Position numbers and translations under genes: made by a program. A model generated the notes under the pieces. That model made no database searches, was not told the origin of the DNA, and worked only from the letters and a program-made list of their open reading frames with translations. Shown piece after piece: positions 35,678 through 43,803 of a stretch of 57,643 nt of DNA. The stretch comes from Ignavibacteriaceae bacterium (GTDB taxonomy: Bacteria; Bacteroidota; Ignavibacteria; Ignavibacteriales; Ignavibacteriaceae): NCBI GenBank assembly GCA_046481785.1, contig JAWOJF010000040.1, positions 1 through 57,643 of the forward strand. Reading direction: 5' to 3'. Position 1 is the stretch's first letter. Each line of letters starts with the position of its first letter.

Positions 35678-36453
35678 AAAAGGTACCGGGTTCTTTACTA
35701 GGATTATTTTTAGGCATCTTTGCTATTTTTGGAGCTTTTGTTCTTGAGGGAGGTACTTTTAAGGCTTTGTTCCTTGTTCCCCCTCTTATTATTGTTTTTG
35801 GAGGTACTTTTGCTGCCGTAATAATTGGATTCGGCCTGGAAAAGTTTGTGCAGATTTTCTATTTAATGCGAATGGCATATTTCCCTCCCATGTATAACTT
35901 AACAGACCTGATAAATAATTTTGTAGATTTTTCGATAATAACACGTAGACAAGGTTTTTTAGCATTGGAGAAAGAACTTTACAGACTTGATTATCTTTAT
36001 CCAAGAAAGTTGATAGGTTATGTTCTAGACGGTACAGATGCTGAGAACCTGCAAACAATAGCAGTGATGGAAATAAAGGCTATGCAGGAACGACACTATA
36101 CTAATATAAGCATGTTTGCTAAAATGGGCGGATATGCACCAACAATGGGTATAATTGGAACGGTAATGGGGCTTATTATGACTCTGGCAAATGCCGGAAG
36201 TGATCCAAACTCTTTAATTCATAATATAGCCACAGCATTTATTGCTACCTTATGGGGTGTTTTCAGCGCAAATATTATTTGGTTTCCTATAGGAGATAAA
36301 CTTAAAAAATGTCATCAGGAAGAGAAAAAAATGATGGAGCTTTCTTTGGAAGGGATACTGGCCTTGCAGAGTGGGGAGATACCATCGGTGTTAAAAGCAA
36401 GATTAGTAAGCCATCTCCCCCAAAAAGAACAGCTAAGAATTCTCGCTTCCTAG
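35674..36453 (+). CDS. motA: flagellar stator protein MotA, set 1 (short PomA/MotP/Bacillus-MotA-like type)
   Basis: 259 aa. MGGYAPTMGIIGTVMGLIMTLAN and ATAFIATLWGVFSANIIWFPIGDKLK (MotA/TolQ/ExbB channel motifs). Confidence 0.88.
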   Translation: MKKVPGSLLGLFLGIFAIFGAFVLEGGTFKALFLVPPLIIVFGGTFAAVIIGFGLEKFVQIFYLMRMAYFPPMYNLTDLINNFVDFSIITRRQGFLALEKELYRLDYLYPRKLIGYVLDGTDAENLQTIAVMEIKAMQERHYTNISMFAKMGGYAPTMGIIGTVMGLIMTLANAGSDPNSLIHNIATAFIATLWGVFSANIIWFPIGDKLKKCHQEEKKMMELSLEGILALQSGEIPSVLKARLVSHLPQKEQLRILAS

Positions 36454-37124
36454 ATCTTGATGAAGACCAGCATTCTGATGATAGTGAGAAGGACAGGTAT
36501 TTAATTACTTATGCCGACCTGATCACTCTCTTGCTTGGGTTGTTTATAATTCTTTATACTATTTCTAACATAGATTCAAAAAAATATCAGGCAATACTTA
36601 GCGCTTTCGGAAACACTTTTGGTAATGATAGAGAAATAGTAAATTTGAGTTCTAAAACAGGGGCTGCCGGGGTAATCCAGGTTCCCGGGCTGAAGGATAA
36701 ATTATCTGACCTTGTTGAAAGCCATGGATACGATAATTTTATTAAGCTTGAAGAAAATGAAAGAGGAATTGTTATCCATATTCTTGATCAGATCCTTTTT
36801 ACTTCAGGCAGTGCAAGGCTTGAACAGAAGTCTTTTGAAATTTTGAGTAAACTTGCCGCTATTATTAAGGAAGTTCCCAATGATATAAGGATTGAAGGGC
36901 ATACCGATAATATTCCTATTCATTCATCAGAATTTCCTTCAAACTGGCATCTATCTGTGGCAAGAGCTTTAAATACAGCATACTATTTTATTGATGTAGA
37001 AATGCTTTCGCAGGATAAGCTTTCTGTTGTAGGTTATTCAGAATATAAACCTATTGCTTCAAATGAAACTGTTGAAGACAGGGCAAAAAACAGAAGAGTT
37101 GACATTATAATAATTAAAAAGTAG
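36309..37124 (+). CDS. motB: flagellar stator protein MotB, set 1 (OmpA-like C-terminus); the only canonical start overlaps motA by 145 nt
   Basis: TM/plug region YLITYADLITLLLGLFIILY (Bacillus MotB/MotS and PomB style). OmpA-like IRIEGHTDNIP...NWHLSVARA...NRRVDIII. Confidence 0.85.
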   Translation: MSSGREKNDGAFFGRDTGLAEWGDTIGVKSKISKPSPPKRTAKNSRFLDLDEDQHSDDSEKDRYLITYADLITLLLGLFIILYTISNIDSKKYQAILSAFGNTFGNDREIVNLSSKTGAAGVIQVPGLKDKLSDLVESHGYDNFIKLEENERGIVIHILDQILFTSGSARLEQKSFEILSKLAAIIKEVPNDIRIEGHTDNIPIHSSEFPSNWHLSVARALNTAYYFIDVEMLSQDKLSVVGYSEYKPIASNETVEDRAKNRRVDIIIIKK

Positions 37125-37129
37125 AGAAA

Positions 37130-37510
37130 ATGAAAATAGTAACCTTTCAATTTGGTGAGATAGAGTTTAGTCCGGACAAAGTTATTAACTTCTCCTCCGG
37201 TATATTAGGTTTTGAAAACCTCAGGAGTTTTCTATTGATTAAAACTGAGGATGATCTTTTTTATTGGCTTAATTCTGTTGATAAGCCTGACATTGCATTC
37301 CCAATGATTGGTACAAGGGTAATAGATGAAAAATATCCTTGCGAGGAAGAGCATGAAGCTTTTGCAATTGTTACCCTTAACAGCGATCCCTTAAAAGTTA
37401 CTGCTAATCTTAAAGCCCCGGTATATATTAATCAGGAGAAGAAATCAGGTTTCCAGAGAGTTATAGACACTGATAATTATCCCGTTAACTTTAATCTTTT
37501 TATAGAATAG
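37130..37510 (+). CDS. fliW: flagellar assembly factor FliW (CsrA antagonist)
   Basis: FGEIEF..DKVINFSSGILGFENL..FLLI......FYWLNSVD.PDIAFPMI...ANLKAPVYIN is the FliW pattern. Adjacent to csrA. Confidence 0.9.
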   Translation: MKIVTFQFGEIEFSPDKVINFSSGILGFENLRSFLLIKTEDDLFYWLNSVDKPDIAFPMIGTRVIDEKYPCEEEHEAFAIVTLNSDPLKVTANLKAPVYINQEKKSGFQRVIDTDNYPVNFNLFIE

Positions 37511-37523
37511 GCGGGTAAAATTA

Positions 37524-37778
37524 ATGTTGATATTAACAAGAAGAGCAAACGAAGAAATTAAAATAAGCCCTGATATTACTATCAGGATTTTGTCTTCTTC
37601 AGACAGCCAGGTAAAAATAGGTATTGATGCCCCGCCTGATGTTCAGATATTGCGGGGTGAAATATTTGATAAAATAGTGCAGAGTACTGTTGATGCCTCA
37701 GCACAAAGTAAAATAAAAGTAAATGATGTGTCGGCCTTAAAGCTTAATAAAATTGGCGGTTCAGATGGTAAACAGTGA
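37524..37778 (+). CDS. csrA: carbon storage / translational regulator CsrA
   Basis: MLILTRRANEEIKI.PDITIRIL......VKIGIDAPPDVQILRGEI is the canonical CsrA sequence. Confidence 0.95.
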   Translation: MLILTRRANEEIKISPDITIRILSSSDSQVKIGIDAPPDVQILRGEIFDKIVQSTVDASAQSKIKVNDVSALKLNKIGGSDGKQ

Positions 37779-38493
37779 AAAATTGAAAATACTGGTTGTG
37801 GATGATTCGGATATAATCCGTTATTCTTTAAAGAATTTTTTTGAGGATTATAACCTTGATGTAATTACTTGTTTAAACGGTCTTGAAGGAATTCAAAAGG
37901 CTATTGAACATAAGCCGCGCTTAATATTTCTTGATATAATGATGCCTAATTTTGACGGTATTAAAATGCTGCAGGTTATAAAACTTCTTGATGACCTGAA
38001 AGCTATACCGGTTATAGTTATAAGCGCCAACACTGATAAAAAGAATGTTATGGCAGTTCTTGAAGCAGGAGCCGACAGGGTAATAACAAAACCTCTTCAG
38101 AAAGAAGTAATTATTAGTTACATAAGAGAGATTTTGGGAAATGATTTTCTGATTAGTGCTAAAGAAAGAAAACCTTCTTTATCTGATAAAGACAACCAGG
38201 AAATTAAAAGCCAGCTTTTGAAATTTTTTCTGCATGGTTTCGCTATTAAAGAAAAGGCAATAATAGATGCTTTTGAAACAAGGAATGTGAGTCTTTTAAA
38301 GACAGTATTCCATGAGTTAAGAGGAGTAGGCGGAACAATTGGATATCAGCGTATAACTGATATCAGTGCTGATCTTGAGAATAGTCTCAGTTCATTCAAC
38401 ATCAACTGGTTCAATCTTAAAACCAAGTGCGATGAGCTGTTTAAACTGGTTAAAGAAATTAAAGATAGTAATAAAAACCTGGTAGGGGAATAA
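37753..38493 (+). CDS. response-regulator receiver (REC) fused to an HPt phosphotransfer domain
   Basis: REC: ILVVDDSD...LIFLDIMMPNFDG...VISAN...ITKPL. C-terminal HPt-like VFHELRGVGGTIGYQRITDISADLEN. The start is ATG 37753 or ATG 37765, and both overlap the csrA 3' end. Confidence 0.8.
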   Translation: MAVQMVNSEKLKILVVDDSDIIRYSLKNFFEDYNLDVITCLNGLEGIQKAIEHKPRLIFLDIMMPNFDGIKMLQVIKLLDDLKAIPVIVISANTDKKNVMAVLEAGADRVITKPLQKEVIISYIREILGNDFLISAKERKPSLSDKDNQEIKSQLLKFFLHGFAIKEKAIIDAFETRNVSLLKTVFHELRGVGGTIGYQRITDISADLENSLSSFNINWFNLKTKCDELFKLVKEIKDSNKNLVGE

Positions 38494-39347
38494 TGCTGGT
38501 TATAGTAGGTTTTATTGTAGTAATTGTTTCTATTCTTGGCGGGTTTATGATTGCCGGGGGCAACCCTATTCTTTTACTGCAATTTGCAGAATTTATCGTA
38601 ATTGGAGGCTCTGCTATAGGCAGTGTTTTAATTGCAGCACCAATGAAACTGATAAAGAAAATTATGAGCGAGTTACCTAAAACCATCAAACAGGAACATT
38701 ACTCTAAAGAAGATTTTTTAGTATTGCTTAAATCATATAACGATCTTTTCTTAGTTGCACAAAGGGATGGCTTGCTTGCAATTGAAAGGCATATTGAAAA
38801 ACCGGAAGAAAGCGAGATACTTTCAAGAAGTAAGAAATTTATTACCAATGAAACAACAAGAAGCTTTTTTTGCGATAGTATGAAAGTTATGCTTTCCGGA
38901 GGAATCCCGCCCCATGAACTGGAGAGTTTGATGGAGGCAGAAATTGAAACCTTTGATATGGAATCCAAACCTGTTGCAGGGCAAATATCTAAAATGGGGG
39001 ATTCTCTTCCCGGCCTTGGAATAGTTGCTGCGGTACTTGGTATAATTGTAACAATGAGTTCCATTGATGATGGAGCTGCTGCCGTTGGTAAACATGTGGC
39101 AGCCGCACTTGTTGGAACCTTCCTTGGTGTACTTATGGCTTATGGGTTTGTAAATCCCCTAGCAGCTAATATTGAACATAATGTTGAAGCAAGGGTAAGG
39201 CTTCTTGAAACCATTAAAACCTGCATAACTGCTTATGCTAAAGGTAACCCTCCAATTGTTGCCGTAGAAATTGCGCGCAGAACAATTTTTTCAGATGAAA
39301 GACCTACTTTTGCTGAACTTGAAGGATTTATAAGGGCAAAAAGCTAA
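38493..39347 (+). CDS. motA: flagellar stator protein MotA, set 2 (long E. coli-MotA-like type)
   Basis: 284 aa. N-terminal GFIVVIVSILGGFMIAGGNP. PGLGIVAAVLGII and AAALVGTFLGVLMAYGFVNPLA. C-terminal PPIVAVEIARRTIFSDERPTFAELE. Confidence 0.9.
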   Translation: MLVIVGFIVVIVSILGGFMIAGGNPILLLQFAEFIVIGGSAIGSVLIAAPMKLIKKIMSELPKTIKQEHYSKEDFLVLLKSYNDLFLVAQRDGLLAIERHIEKPEESEILSRSKKFITNETTRSFFCDSMKVMLSGGIPPHELESLMEAEIETFDMESKPVAGQISKMGDSLPGLGIVAAVLGIIVTMSSIDDGAAAVGKHVAAALVGTFLGVLMAYGFVNPLAANIEHNVEARVRLLETIKTCITAYAKGNPPIVAVEIARRTIFSDERPTFAELEGFIRAKS

Positions 39348-40144
39348 TGATGGATGAAGAACGCCCACCAATAATTATAAAAAAGAAAAAAGGCGATCAT
39401 GGGCACCATGGCGGTGCGTGGAAAGTTGCTTATGCCGACTTTGTTACTGCTATGATGGCTTTGTTTATTGTTTTGTGGGTTTTAGGGCAAAGCGAAGAAG
39501 TTAAACAAGCAGTTTCAGGCTATTTTGAGGATCCTGTTGGATTCTCATCAAAAAATATGAATATGTTTGATGGAAAATCAAATGAAATGATTAATTTAGA
39601 TATAGAAGAAATTGTGAAAAGGGAAAAGGAACGTATTGAACATGAGAAAAAGCTGGAGGCAGAAAAAGAAAAACTAAAACAGATGGGAAAAGAAATTGTT
39701 CAGGAGCTGGCGCAAAATCCCGATTTTACTGGCTTGATTGATCAGGTAAAAATTGAGATTATTGATGAGGGGTTAAGAATTGAACTTATGGAAGGTGCTG
39801 ATGATATCTTTTTTGAAGTTGGAACTGCATTATTAAAGCAGAAGGCCGGACTTCTAATTCAAAAAATTGGCAATAGTTTATCAAAGCTGCCAAATAAAAT
39901 TGTAGTTGAAGGGCATACTGATTCACGCCCTTACCAGGGAAACGGGTTAGGTTACACTAATTTTGAGTTAAGTGCCGACAGAGCCAATGCTGCAAGAAAA
40001 GAATTGGCCGGAAGCAAATTAACGGAAGTACAAATGGCTGAGATACGTGGTTATGCCGACAGGAGATTGAGGGATAAACAAGATCCTTATAGTTTGGTTA
40101 ATAGAAGGATAAGTATTATTGTTAAATTTTTAACTAAAAGATGA
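39347..40144 (+). CDS. motB: flagellar stator protein MotB, set 2 (E. coli-MotB-like)
   Basis: HGGAWKVAYADFVTAMMALFIVLWVL (conserved Asp in YADF). OmpA-like VVEGHTDSRPY...NFELSADRANAARKEL...NRRISIIV. Confidence 0.92.
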   Translation: MMDEERPPIIIKKKKGDHGHHGGAWKVAYADFVTAMMALFIVLWVLGQSEEVKQAVSGYFEDPVGFSSKNMNMFDGKSNEMINLDIEEIVKREKERIEHEKKLEAEKEKLKQMGKEIVQELAQNPDFTGLIDQVKIEIIDEGLRIELMEGADDIFFEVGTALLKQKAGLLIQKIGNSLSKLPNKIVVEGHTDSRPYQGNGLGYTNFELSADRANAARKELAGSKLTEVQMAEIRGYADRRLRDKQDPYSLVNRRISIIVKFLTKR

Positions 40145-40542
40145 AAAAGAAAATTATTGTAGTTGAAGACGACCCGTTTTCACAAAATTTTTATAGTATA
40201 ATTCTAAATAAATCAGGGTTTGAACCTATAATTCTTGAAAATGCCGATGAAGTAATTAACAGGATAAATACAGATAATATCTCTATTATTATAATGGATA
40301 TTAATCTGAAAAATACTTATTTCCAGGGAAAAAAAATTGACGGGTCAATACTTTCTAAAATGATTAAGGCTGATGATAAATTAAGTATTCCCATTCTTAT
40401 TATTACTGCTTTTTCTCCTTCAATTAAAGGGAATACTTTTTTTGAGGAGAGTTTGGCAGATGATTTTATAATTAAACCAATTATTGATTATAATACTTTG
40501 CTGCAAAAAATAAATGAGTTAATAAATAAATATGGAAAATGA
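40141..40542 (+). CDS. stand-alone receiver-domain response regulator
   Basis: IIVVEDDP...IIIMDINL...ILIITAF...IIKPI. 133 aa with no output domain. Confidence 0.8.
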   Translation: MKKKIIVVEDDPFSQNFYSIILNKSGFEPIILENADEVINRINTDNISIIIMDINLKNTYFQGKKIDGSILSKMIKADDKLSIPILIITAFSPSIKGNTFFEESLADDFIIKPIIDYNTLLQKINELINKYGK

Positions 40543-41188
40543 TAAAGTACTTGTTGTAGAAGATGAAAAAGATACACGTTTTATTCTGGAAAAGTTACTT
40601 TCTAAAAATAAGTATGAAGTTCTATGCACTAAAAATGGCTCCGAAGCACTTGAAGCATTAAAGGATTTCTCGCCTAAAGTTATTCTGGCTGACTGGACAA
40701 TGCCGGTTATGGACGGCCTTGAGCTTTGCCGTATTTTAAAAAAAGAAGAAAAGTATAAACTTATTTATTTCATTATACTTACCGCAAGGGCATCTCTTAA
40801 TGACAGGGTAACAGGCCTTGATATTGGTGCCGACGACTTTTTAGTTAAACCAATTGAAAATCAGGAATTACTTGCAAGGATACGCTCCGGTATCAGGGTT
40901 TTTAATCTGCAGAATGAATTAAAGAAAATTGAACACTCTAATGCTGTTATTGAAATGGCATGTACAATAGGGCATAAAGTAAATAATCCGCTTAGCAGCC
41001 TGGTACTTTCCTTAAAAAATATTGAAGAGGAACTGTTGTCAAAAAAGGACACCAGTTTGAACGAAGATTTGGTTATTATTAACCAGTCAATTGACCGGAT
41101 AAAGGCCCTTATTAACGATTTAATCAACCTTAGAGACCCCCGCCTTGTAGAATACATATCTGATATGAAGATGATAAAATTGGATTAA
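40532..41188 (+). CDS. REC domain fused to a HisKA/DHp-like dimerisation domain without a catalytic ATPase domain
   Basis: REC: VLVVEDEKD...ILADWTMPVMDG...ILTAR...FLVKPI. This is followed by MACTIGHKVNNPLSSLVLSL (H-box-like), and the protein ends about 70 aa later. Confidence 0.75.
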   Translation: MENDKVLVVEDEKDTRFILEKLLSKNKYEVLCTKNGSEALEALKDFSPKVILADWTMPVMDGLELCRILKKEEKYKLIYFIILTARASLNDRVTGLDIGADDFLVKPIENQELLARIRSGIRVFNLQNELKKIEHSNAVIEMACTIGHKVNNPLSSLVLSLKNIEEELLSKKDTSLNEDLVIINQSIDRIKALINDLINLRDPRLVEYISDMKMIKLD

Positions 41189-41240
41189 TCAGACTCAAAA
41201 AGCGTCCTTTTTTTTCGATAATAAGATAGAAAGGAATGCT

Positions 41241-41888
41241 GTGCTTGATAAAATTCTAAATATTACCCCAGGATCGGATTACAAAAATTCCCAATTAAAA
41301 AAAGGAAATAAGAATTTTGCGTTTTCACGCAGTATAGCATCCGCTGATACTCATGATTCATTTAGTCTTTCTCCTGCATGGACTTATATGTCCCAGCTTA
41401 ACTGGCAGATTCTTGGGCTGAAAATGCTTAAGGATGAAAAGTTAACTATTAACTTTATTGTTAATGATATAGAATTTAGAATTGTGGTTGATCTAAACGA
41501 GCTTAACAATTCTTCCACGTTTGTTTATGAACTATTGCAAAAGAAAGCCTACAATGAAATAGAAAAATATACCTTGCTGATTCTTGAGAAAAAATGTTAC
41601 AGCAATGAAAAAACTTCATCAGTAAGTGAGTTAAAAAACATCAGCCGGCTTTTTGAGCGGGTTTGGGATTTGAATTTAAATAATGAATTGAATGACGGCG
41701 AGTTTGATTTGAATACCCTTCTTTCCGATGGTTATGAAGATGTTGATACGGAAATTAACTATATCACTATATCCCTTATTACTTTCCTGGAAAAATTATT
41801 AAGTAAAACTTTTTCTTATACTCATTTATCAAATAATAACCTGTCGCCAAAACTAAAAATAAGAAAGATAAAATCTGCCAATGCTTAA
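41241..41888 (+). CDS. hypothetical protein (215 aa), overlapping the downstream histidine kinase gene
   Basis: Track ORF with a GTG start and SD-like AAAGGAA upstream. No family recognised. Confidence 0.5.
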   Translation: MLDKILNITPGSDYKNSQLKKGNKNFAFSRSIASADTHDSFSLSPAWTYMSQLNWQILGLKMLKDEKLTINFIVNDIEFRIVVDLNELNNSSTFVYELLQKKAYNEIEKYTLLILEKKCYSNEKTSSVSELKNISRLFERVWDLNLNNELNDGEFDLNTLLSDGYEDVDTEINYITISLITFLEKLLSKTFSYTHLSNNNLSPKLKIRKIKSANA

Positions 41889-43752
41889 GTATGTTAATCT
41901 TTCGGAGCTTGGTGAGAAATCCTTACATACCTCTATTCATAATTATGATTCTTTTGAAGAGTTGCCAAATACAAATCCTTTGGTAATAGTTGATATGTCT
42001 GAGATAATTGTGTATTCAAACCAGTCTTTTAAAAATATTTTTGGCAGTATTAAAGATGATAAAATTACAAGTCTTAAAAGTGAACCGGATATTGAGTATT
42101 TACTTAGGAACTTTGCACAAAGTAATTATTCAGGTATTGAGTGCGAAGTAGATGTTTTAAATACAAAGCAGATCACCAAAAATTTTTCTGTATCTGTTGA
42201 AAGAATATTTGTAAAAGGGGCAGAATATCTTGTCTTAATGTTCAAGGTTCTGGAAGATAAAATTAAGCTTGAGTTGAAACTGAATAATCTTAATCATGCT
42301 CTTGATTATGGAAATATTCCTATTATGATTATAAACGCTGAAGGAAGAATATCATATGCCACGGCTTTTTTTGATAAAATACTTGATACAAGGATTGAGC
42401 TGATTTATAATAATTTTATTCATGATGTTCTTTCAAAGTATATTAACGAACAGGAAATAAAGTCATTAGTCCAGGCAGTTAAAGAACATAAGCAATGGAA
42501 CGCCGTCATTGTCAGTGAAATTCAGAAAGAAGCTGTCCATTATTATGAACTAAAATTGCTGCCTATATACAGCTATGATAGTTCAATTAATTTTATTTTA
42601 AGCGGAAATAACATAACCGAACACATTACCAAAACTCAGATTATCAAAAAAAATGAAACACAGCTCAGGTCAATAATTAATAATATTTCCGACCTGCTTC
42701 TCCTTATAAAGTATAAAAACGGAGCCTATTATTTTGAGGATGCGAATGAAAATTTCTGCAGAACATTTGCGGTTGATAAAAAGAAAGGCAGCAAAGATCT
42801 TGATTCTGTTCTAAAGAAAAAATTCAGGACAATACTTCTTAATGAGATAGAAAAGTCAAATAATGATAAACAGAATCTTATTGAATTCAGGTATTCTGAC
42901 AGAGACAGGGACTACCTTGTTAAGGTGTCGTTTGTTATTAACAGTATTATAAATGAAATTATTTATATAGTAAGTCTAAGTGATATTACTGATCAGCTTT
43001 TATCTCAGGAGCAGTTAAAGAAAGCTTTCGAAAAGGAGAACCATTTTAACAGGCTTAAGAGTGCAATTCTTAAAAATATGTCACATGAAATACGTACTCC
43101 TTTAAATGCACTTATTGGATATTCTGAAATAATTGAAGAAGGACTGGCGCTAAAGGATTATAATGTTTTATCAGAGGTTACACATTCCTTAAAAGATATA
43201 TTAAACAGGATCCTGAACCTGTTCTCAAATATTGTGGAGGTTTCCCATATAGAATCAAACGAATTTGAATTTGAATTTTATGAACTGGATATAAATAAAA
43301 TCCTAAGGTCTGTTTATAATAAAAAACACATGGAAGCCCTGAATAAAAATCTTGAGATAAAACTTGAACTATATGATAAGGAAATTCCTATAAGAATTGA
43401 CTGGATTAAAATGGAGAAGGTGGTATTTGCACTTGTTGATAATGCCATTAAGTATACGAACGACGGCAGTGTAATTATTAAATCGGAAATCATTAATAAA
43501 CAGGCAGTGGTTTCTATCATCGATTCAGGTATTGGAATGTATAAAGATAAAATTAAAAATTTTGTAGAAGCATTTATCCAGGCTGAAGAAGGGTATACCA
43601 AATATTTTGAAGGTGCCGGGCTTGGCCTTACACTTGCATATAATTATGTGGAGAAAATGGGGGGTAAGTTCTTTATTGAGAGCGAATTAAATAAAGGTAC
43701 AATAGTGCAGATCATATTTCCTATTGCAGAAAGCAACGAAAACTCATCTTAA
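41881..43752 (+). CDS. PAS-domain sensor histidine kinase
   Basis: H-box NMSHEIRTPLNALIGYSEI, N-box DNAIKYT, G-boxes IIDSGIGM and GAGLGLTLA. The N-terminal ~380 aa are PAS-like. Confidence 0.9.
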   Translation: MLKYVNLSELGEKSLHTSIHNYDSFEELPNTNPLVIVDMSEIIVYSNQSFKNIFGSIKDDKITSLKSEPDIEYLLRNFAQSNYSGIECEVDVLNTKQITKNFSVSVERIFVKGAEYLVLMFKVLEDKIKLELKLNNLNHALDYGNIPIMIINAEGRISYATAFFDKILDTRIELIYNNFIHDVLSKYINEQEIKSLVQAVKEHKQWNAVIVSEIQKEAVHYYELKLLPIYSYDSSINFILSGNNITEHITKTQIIKKNETQLRSIINNISDLLLLIKYKNGAYYFEDANENFCRTFAVDKKKGSKDLDSVLKKKFRTILLNEIEKSNNDKQNLIEFRYSDRDRDYLVKVSFVINSIINEIIYIVSLSDITDQLLSQEQLKKAFEKENHFNRLKSAILKNMSHEIRTPLNALIGYSEIIEEGLALKDYNVLSEVTHSLKDILNRILNLFSNIVEVSHIESNEFEFEFYELDINKILRSVYNKKHMEALNKNLEIKLELYDKEIPIRIDWIKMEKVVFALVDNAIKYTNDGSVIIKSEIINKQAVVSIIDSGIGMYKDKIKNFVEAFIQAEEGYTKYFEGAGLGLTLAYNYVEKMGGKFFIESELNKGTIVQIIFPIAESNENSS

Positions 43753-43803
43753 TCTTCTCCTTATTCCTGCATAGTATCAGAAATATTGAATAGTTATTAG
43801 TTA

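Noticed and set aside
37099-37104. Perfect TTGACA -35 hexamer just upstream of fliW
   Set aside because: The best -10 at 17-nt spacing is TAGAGA (3 of 6). The resulting transcription start would fall on the fliW ATG, and the sequence is motB coding sequence (RRVDIII).
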